This document shows positions 52,727 through 58,992 of a DNA stretch of 61,040 bases, in pieces. The stretch comes from a bacterium. GTDB lineage: Bacteria; Margulisbacteria; Marinamargulisbacteria; JABIPA01. The number at the start of each line of letters is the position of its first letter. The stretch's first letter is position 1. The position numbers and the translations under genes are program-made. Location: positions 1 through 61,040 of the forward strand of contig JABIQV010000134.1 in NCBI GenBank assembly GCA_018699495.1. The letters run 5' to 3'. Under the pieces are notes generated by a model that was not told where the DNA came from, did no database searches, and was given only the letters and a program-made list of their open reading frames with translations.

Positions 52727-54034
52727 ATGGCTCAACGAGAAATACGTGAAATAACTGGCAAATCCATATTAAAAGGTAATTGGGAAACCTTTTTTGGTGA
52801 TAAATGGTCGTACGACTTTAACTCAGTACTCATTACAAAAAAAGACGACATCCAAGCTGTTCAAAAAACGCATCCATGGCTTCAGAAAAAAGGATTAGTT
52901 GTAAAACCTGATATGTTATTTGGTAAACGAGGAAAAAATGGACTTGTTTATATAAAAAACACAACCATTGGAGATGTAACGGCAACTGAAGCTAAACAAT
53001 GGATTGATTCAAAATCAGAAATTGAAATTGAATTATTGTCTGGTGCAAAAGGAGAACTTACTCATTTCCTTATCGAACCTTTTATTCCGCATGAACAAAA
53101 AAATGAATATTACTTAGCTGCAAAAACCGAAAAAGATATTGATATATTATACATTTCTGGTCTTGGCGGAGTCGACGTGGAAGAAAACTGGGACAAAACA
53201 GCCGAAATCAACATTCCTTTATTGGCTACAAAAGAAGAAATAGTCGCTCTCATTTCCAAAAATATTCCTTCTGAAATTGAAGACAAACAAACGGTTTCTG
53301 ATTTTGCAGCACGATTTTATTCTTTCTTTAAAACACTTCATTTTTCATATTTGGAACTTAACCCCGTAGTATTTTCGGGAACTGCCGTTCACGTTCTAGA
53401 TATGGTTGCTAGGATTGATGATACAGCTGGTTTTCTACAAGCAAAAAATTGGGGCGACGTCGATTATCCAACTGCATTTGGCATGACTGCATTAACTCAA
53501 GAAGAAAAAGATATTAAAACAATGGACGAAAACTCTGGTGCCAGCTTGAAGCTTACTCTTCTTAATCAAGAAGGACGCGTATGGACCTTGGTCGCTGGGG
53601 GTGGCGCATCCGTTGTATACGCAGACACAATTGCTGACTTATGCGGTATTAACGAAATGGCTAACTATGGCGAATACTCAGGGAACCCGTCAACCGAAGA
53701 AACATTCGAATATACAAAACGTGTTTTAGACCTCATGACTAGAAAAAAAGACCGAAAAAATAGAGCCAAAATTTTATTGATTGGTGGCGCCATTGCTAAT
53801 TTTACTGATGTCGCAAAAACATTTAATGGAATTATCCAAGCTCTCGATGCGTATCAAGAACGATGTCGAGATATTGGTATCAAAATTTATGTAAGACGTG
53901 GCGGTCCAAACTATAAAATTGGCCTTGAAAACCTTAAAAAAGCGGCGATCTCATTTGGGCTACCTATAGAAGTGTACGGCCCAGAAACACACATAACTGA
54001 AATCGTGAAGTTATCGTTAACAGAACAAAACTAG
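52727..54034 (+). CDS. aclB: ATP-citrate lyase beta (small, ATP-grasp/citrate-binding) subunit
   Basis: 435 aa. Colinear with the N-terminal third of animal ACLY (LVVKPDMLFGKRGK, FLIEPFIPH, GASLKLTLLNQEGRVWTLVAGGGASVVYADT, NYGEYSG, YVRRGGPNY). SD AAAGGAG. Confidence 0.93.
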   Translation: MAQREIREITGKSILKGNWETFFGDKWSYDFNSVLITKKDDIQAVQKTHPWLQKKGLVVKPDMLFGKRGKNGLVYIKNTTIGDVTATEAKQWIDSKSEIEIELLSGAKGELTHFLIEPFIPHEQKNEYYLAAKTEKDIDILYISGLGGVDVEENWDKTAEINIPLLATKEEIVALISKNIPSEIEDKQTVSDFAARFYSFFKTLHFSYLELNPVVFSGTAVHVLDMVARIDDTAGFLQAKNWGDVDYPTAFGMTALTQEEKDIKTMDENSGASLKLTLLNQEGRVWTLVAGGGASVVYADTIADLCGINEMANYGEYSGNPSTEETFEYTKRVLDLMTRKKDRKNRAKILLIGGAIANFTDVAKTFNGIIQALDAYQERCRDIGIKIYVRRGGPNYKIGLENLKKAAISFGLPIEVYGPETHITEIVKLSLTEQN

Positions 54035-54046
54035 AAGGAGTTTATT

Positions 54047-55906
54047 ATGTCTGCATTATTTACAAATAAAACACAAGCCATATTCTGGAATAACAACGTT
54101 AAAGCAATTCAACGCATGTTGGATTACGATTACATTTGTGGCAGAGAGAAGCCCTCTGTTTCCGCAATTGTTCATGCAACATCAGAAAACAGCTTTCAGA
54201 AGTTTTTCTTTGGAGTTCGCGAAGTTCTAGTTCCAATTTACAAATCGACAAAAGATGCTGTTGACGCACAACCCGAAGCAGATACATTTTTAAACTTTGC
54301 TTCATTTCGAACCGCATATGATGTGACTATGGAAGCTTTAGAGTTCCCTTCATTAAAAACATTAATGATTACAGCTGAAGGAATTCCTGAACGTCTTGCT
54401 CAAGAAATTAATATTCAAGCAAAAAAACTTGGCCGAACTATTATTGGTCCTGCAACTGTTGGAGCCATTACGCCAGGATGTTTTAAAGTCGCAAACATTG
54501 GCGGTTCAATTGATAACATTGTTAAAACCAAACTTCATAAAATTGGGTCCGTTGGTCTTGTCACACGATCGGGTGGCCTTTTTAACGAACTAGCAAACAT
54601 CATTTCTATTAAAGCAAACGGACTTGCTGAAGGTGTCGCTATAGGTGGAGATAGATTCCCAGGATCTAGCTATTTAGACCATATGCTGCGAATGGAGAAA
54701 AACCCTGATGTTAAATTCATGGTTTTACTTGGAGAAGTTGGTGGATCTGATGAATATGATATTATCGAAGCCAAAAAATCAGGTCAACTTACAAAACCAA
54801 TAATTGGATGGTGCATTGGAACCGTCGGTCAATATTTCCAAGGCCCTGTTCAATTTGGACACGCTGGAGCAAATGCTAACCAAGATAAAGAAAAAGCTAG
54901 CATTAAAAATGAAGAAATGAAAAAAGCTGGGATTCGCGTTCCAAAAAACTTTAATAATTTACCGGAACTAATTGAAGCGATTTATCATCGACTTCTTGCT
55001 GAAGGGACAATTGATAAAGAAACGTCAAAAAATGTACCTAATCTCCCTGAGGATTACACAGCGGCCATTAACGCTGGAAAAATTAGAAAAGAAACTAATT
55101 TTATATGTACGATTTCAGATGACCGAGGGGCCGAAGCAAACTATGCAGGTGTTCCAATTAGCCAATTAGCGATGCCTGATACCGGTTACAATATTGGTGA
55201 CGTTATATCCTTACTTTGGTTTAAAAAACGATTCCCGAAATGGACATCAGACTTCATTGAATCGGTTATTAAAACAGTAGCTGACCATGGACCTGCCGTC
55301 AGTGGAGCTCATAACGCACGTGTTTCAGCTAGAGCAGGAAAAGATTTAATATCTTCGTTATGTTCTGGAATATTAACTATAGGGCCCAAATTTGGAGGCG
55401 CTATTGATGGAGCTGCTAAATATTTTAAGTATGCACTTGATAATAATTTAGACCCACGAGAATTTGTTGCTGATATGAAAAAGAAAAATATTCCTATTCC
55501 AGGAATTGGGCATCGAATTAAATCGGTAAGAAATCCGGATAAACGTGTAGAAGAACTGAAACGATATGCTAAAGAATATTTTCCTTCTTGCGAACTTTTA
55601 AAATATGCAGAAAAAGTTGAGCAAGTAACTACTGCGAAAAAAGATACGCTTATTCTAAACGTAGACGGAACCATTGGTGTTCTTATGGTCGATATGTGGA
55701 GAAACAATGGGTACTCGGAAACAGAAATTGATGAACTTATTCGTTCTGGAACATTAAATGCCTTTTTTGTAATCGGACGGACGATAGGGTTTATTGGACA
55801 TATTCTTGATGAAAAACGACTCAATATGCCACTTTACCGCCATCAATTTGATGATATTTTGTATGACGTAAAAGAAGCTGAAGAACTGGCTCCCGTTACG
55901 AACTAA
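54047..55906 (+). CDS. aclA: ATP-citrate lyase alpha (large, CoA-ligase + citryl-CoA lyase) subunit
   Basis: 619 aa. KAIQRMLDYDYICGREKPSVSAIV, catalytic His block QFGHAGA, and a citrate-synthase-like C terminus GIGHRIKSVRNPDKRV. Confidence 0.93.
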   Translation: MSALFTNKTQAIFWNNNVKAIQRMLDYDYICGREKPSVSAIVHATSENSFQKFFFGVREVLVPIYKSTKDAVDAQPEADTFLNFASFRTAYDVTMEALEFPSLKTLMITAEGIPERLAQEINIQAKKLGRTIIGPATVGAITPGCFKVANIGGSIDNIVKTKLHKIGSVGLVTRSGGLFNELANIISIKANGLAEGVAIGGDRFPGSSYLDHMLRMEKNPDVKFMVLLGEVGGSDEYDIIEAKKSGQLTKPIIGWCIGTVGQYFQGPVQFGHAGANANQDKEKASIKNEEMKKAGIRVPKNFNNLPELIEAIYHRLLAEGTIDKETSKNVPNLPEDYTAAINAGKIRKETNFICTISDDRGAEANYAGVPISQLAMPDTGYNIGDVISLLWFKKRFPKWTSDFIESVIKTVADHGPAVSGAHNARVSARAGKDLISSLCSGILTIGPKFGGAIDGAAKYFKYALDNNLDPREFVADMKKKNIPIPGIGHRIKSVRNPDKRVEELKRYAKEYFPSCELLKYAEKVEQVTTAKKDTLILNVDGTIGVLMVDMWRNNGYSETEIDELIRSGTLNAFFVIGRTIGFIGHILDEKRLNMPLYRHQFDDILYDVKEAEELAPVTN

Positions 55907-55998
55907 ATTTGTAAAATCAATCTAGATTTGGGTAAAAAACAAGACTTGGTTTAGCTATAGGTGTCTTAAGAAAGGGCCAATATCATTGGGGGATAAGT

Positions 55999-56029
55999 CT
56001 TTCAAACTGACATCTGCTCAGTTTGAAAG
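55999..56029 (+). terminator. Perfect 12-bp hairpin ~90 nt downstream of aclA
   Basis: CTTTCAAACTGA-catctgc-TCAGTTTGAAAG. No U-tract, so it may be a terminator or an RNA stability element. Confidence 0.35.
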
Positions 56030-56233
56030 CAAACGAATAGTCACTTTTGTAGCCGCTATTCACACCTATGTTATGCTTGGGGAAATAAAGTTCTTTGGTT
56101 TGTTTCTCAACCGTTCAATATTTGAAAATAGCATTCCTCTTTTAGGATTGTTTTGCTGGCAAATACTACCATGTTTATTAAGTGTAAAAATGGGGTACTA
56201 ACTGTTATTATAAACTAAAAAATAAGGAGTCCC

Positions 56234-58540
56234 TTGCTTATGAGCGTTATCATCTTTTTTATCCCCCTTTTAATTGGATTATTTTTCTTGTTTCGTTCTT
56301 ATATGATTAATCGTACATTCAATACAAACCCCAGTGACTCGAACATAAATACCATTTACGACTCTCTCCACAAATCAAGCCGTGTTTTTTTAATTCAGCA
56401 GGGGAAAATCATAATTATCACACTCATATCCATCATTTCACTCTTAAGTATATATACCCTTTTAATCTATTTTATAAGACCCGATGACGATCTATTACAT
56501 TCTTTCATTTTATTTACACTCACATTCGTATTAGGTGCTTTTTTATCCTGGATTGCAGGGTTCAAAGCTATCCAACAATCCACAGGGTCACTAGGTCGTT
56601 TGATTGGCTCTCTCTCTCAAGATTACCTAAACCCTACAAAACTAAAGCAATTGGGGCTTAGTATCTCAATGACCGTTTTTGGTCAGGCTCTCATTCATTT
56701 AACACTCTTATATTTAATAATGGATGTTATCTACTCCCCTCACTTTTTAGGCCTATTTGCCCAACTCGATTGGCCATTATTAAATGAGCTAATCGCATCG
56801 GACCTAAAAGGGCCTACCTACCTCCATTTAAGTTTCATTGGACTGGGGTACTGTTTAGGAACCTCCTCACAAGCTCTTTTTACGACGGTTGGGGGTAGCA
56901 TATTTGCTAAAACCAATGACATATCGGCCGATCTTCTAGGTCAACTTGATTTTAACGTAGATAAACATAATTTATCCAACCCATCTATTATCGCAAGTTA
57001 TGTCGGCAACCATATCAAAAATGTATTTAGCTATGCGGTTAATATGTATGAATCCTATATTTTTACTATCATTATATTAACCTTATTCATTGCAGGAAAT
57101 CTTCATTATAATGAAGAGATTGGTTCTTCTTATTATTTATTTTCCCCCTTATTGATATCCGCACTTGGTGTATTGATTTCCATGATCGTAGCCCAGCTAA
57201 CGAAATCTAATAAGCTCCATACTCAAAGGCACTATATGGTAAATATAATCTGTTCAAGCCTTTTAATTGGGTTAGTTAGTAGTTGTTTAGTGCCATTAGG
57301 GGTCTTTTCGACAAATATACTGATTAGTATTTGGGTAGGTCTGGGATTAGGCCTGATTATTGCAGCGAATTCTACTTGGCAGCAGTCCGGTCCATTGGGC
57401 CCTACCAAAACTGTATTAGAGCAGACCCAAATCAGTGTCCTTAACGGCATAACATCAGGAATGTCCAGGGGAATCCTAGCCACTATTATTCCTATTATTG
57501 CAACACTCTCATGTATCGCTTTTTGCTTTATTCATTCGGGAGGTGTGCATGCCTTCTGGCCCGCCTTATCGAGTGTAGGATGGGTATCTCTCGGTTGTGT
57601 TTCAGTAACCATGTCAAAATTTATTATCGGATCGACAACGGCAGCTACTGATATTGCCTACGGTATCGCTCAAATAACCGACGCCCCAAGCACATTTCAA
57701 AACGACACGTTCTCAGCCAACAAAATCGGAAATATCGGCCAAGTAAATATCAACATAGATTCCTTAGTTAACACATTTTTAATAGCCACATTGCTCATTG
57801 TTGTGTATATGGACTTTATTTGGTGGCGACTATTCAAAAATTGTCAATCTGCCATTTATTTTGTAGGTGATATTGGCTTTACCGTAATAGAGTCACTTGT
57901 AAACGAAGCCAATAACATCCATATGATAGTGGACATCCCATATCGGAAACTACTCAACTTATTTAATGCTGATATGTTAAATCCTGAACTCATCATCGGG
58001 CTATTAATTGGTTCTTTTCTACCCTTTGTTTTTATGGCAATTATCTTAATGGCAATTGAATGTGGCCTTAAAAAGGTCAGCCAAAGCATGCACGAACAGC
58101 TCACTCAAAACACGAGTATTCTGAATGGTTCTGGGGTACCTGACTACTATCAAGTGATCTTGATTTCACTTAAAAATGCTATGAAGTGGCTAATTTTTCC
58201 AGGAATCATCACTATCCTCCTCCCTATCTTCTCTTCAATTCTGTTCGGTATTTCAGGGAGTATCGGCCTCATTATGGGATCTTTAGTCAGTAGCTTTATA
58301 TTAGGTGCTTATTTAATCCATTCGGGAAATTTATGGCAACAAACAAACCGATTACTCGAACACCAAAGGCAAGGCCAGGAATTAAGCGCTACTTACATTT
58401 CCGCGATAGTGGGTAATGCCTTAGGAAACATTCTCAAGGATAGTGTCGGATTCTCACTTAGTATTCTAATCAAAATGACGTTATTAATATTAATTTTTAC
58501 CTCCTATTTAGCGATCATATTCGAAAGCCTAATGCAATGA
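56234..58540 (+). CDS. Divergent membrane-pyrophosphatase paralog lacking most PPi/Mg-binding aspartates (putative pseudo-enzyme)
   Basis: 768 aa. Full-length by-eye colinearity with hppA at 31289, but DNVGDNVGD is [19 protein letters not shown] is GNALGNILKD and GGAWDNAKK is GNLWQQTNR. The likelier start is ATG 56240, 10 nt after AAGGAG (56224..56229). Confidence 0.8.
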   Translation: MLMSVIIFFIPLLIGLFFLFRSYMINRTFNTNPSDSNINTIYDSLHKSSRVFLIQQGKIIIITLISIISLLSIYTLLIYFIRPDDDLLHSFILFTLTFVLGAFLSWIAGFKAIQQSTGSLGRLIGSLSQDYLNPTKLKQLGLSISMTVFGQALIHLTLLYLIMDVIYSPHFLGLFAQLDWPLLNELIASDLKGPTYLHLSFIGLGYCLGTSSQALFTTVGGSIFAKTNDISADLLGQLDFNVDKHNLSNPSIIASYVGNHIKNVFSYAVNMYESYIFTIIILTLFIAGNLHYNEEIGSSYYLFSPLLISALGVLISMIVAQLTKSNKLHTQRHYMVNIICSSLLIGLVSSCLVPLGVFSTNILISIWVGLGLGLIIAANSTWQQSGPLGPTKTVLEQTQISVLNGITSGMSRGILATIIPIIATLSCIAFCFIHSGGVHAFWPALSSVGWVSLGCVSVTMSKFIIGSTTAATDIAYGIAQITDAPSTFQNDTFSANKIGNIGQVNINIDSLVNTFLIATLLIVVYMDFIWWRLFKNCQSAIYFVGDIGFTVIESLVNEANNIHMIVDIPYRKLLNLFNADMLNPELIIGLLIGSFLPFVFMAIILMAIECGLKKVSQSMHEQLTQNTSILNGSGVPDYYQVILISLKNAMKWLIFPGIITILLPIFSSILFGISGSIGLIMGSLVSSFILGAYLIHSGNLWQQTNRLLEHQRQGQELSATYISAIVGNALGNILKDSVGFSLSILIKMTLLILIFTSYLAIIFESLMQ

Positions 58541-58992
58541 TTACCCATGCCACACCCCCCCCTTTTGGATTAAAACCCATGATATTGTCGGATGTTTTTA
58601 TTACCCGGTGTCAATCCGTTCAACCCCCTTTTTTTACTGAGTCCGGGAGCGACGACGTTAACTTGATCCCGTTTATAACTGAGATTAAATCTTTATTGGA
58701 CAACAAATATTCCAAAATCCAACTCACCTACAACCCGTCAACAGAAAGGCAAACCCATATCCTGTGCAAAGTGAATCTAGCCACCATTATAATCGAAGAA
58801 AAAAAATCGATTAAATACAGAACCTTTATTTATGATCTAAAAACACGACTATTAACCATTAACAACCGACCGTCAACTCGAGAAATGCAAGTAAAGTTTT
58901 TAGCCAAAGCACAATGGTTTATCAGCCAAATAGATAATCCAAAAATGACGGTTGCTGGCATCGTAGAAGGAGACTCTAATGATAGAATCTAG
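58537..58992 (+). CDS. 151-aa protein of unknown function, translationally coupled on both sides
   Basis: The ATG overlaps the TGA of the PPase paralog (ATGA). The stop lies 14 nt inside the next ORF. No recognisable motif. Confidence 0.6.
   Translation: MITHATPPPFGLKPMILSDVFITRCQSVQPPFFTESGSDDVNLIPFITEIKSLLDNKYSKIQLTYNPSTERQTHILCKVNLATIIIEEKKSIKYRTFIYDLKTRLLTINNRPSTREMQVKFLAKAQWFISQIDNPKMTVAGIVEGDSNDRI

Noticed and set aside
55986-56201. 71-aa ORF in the aclA / PPase-paralog spacer
   Set aside because: It starts at a non-ATG codon without an SD and is draped over a perfect 12-bp hairpin. The region is more likely non-coding leader or terminator sequence. A small hydrophobic peptide cannot be fully excluded.
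58537-58992. Idea that the 151-aa ORF is a type III secretion chaperone for the downstream large protein
   Set aside because: Size and the overlapping position fit. However, my hand count gives 19 basic versus 15 acidic residues, so it is not the acidic protein typical of such chaperones. No secretion-system genes are in the window. I left it as unknown.
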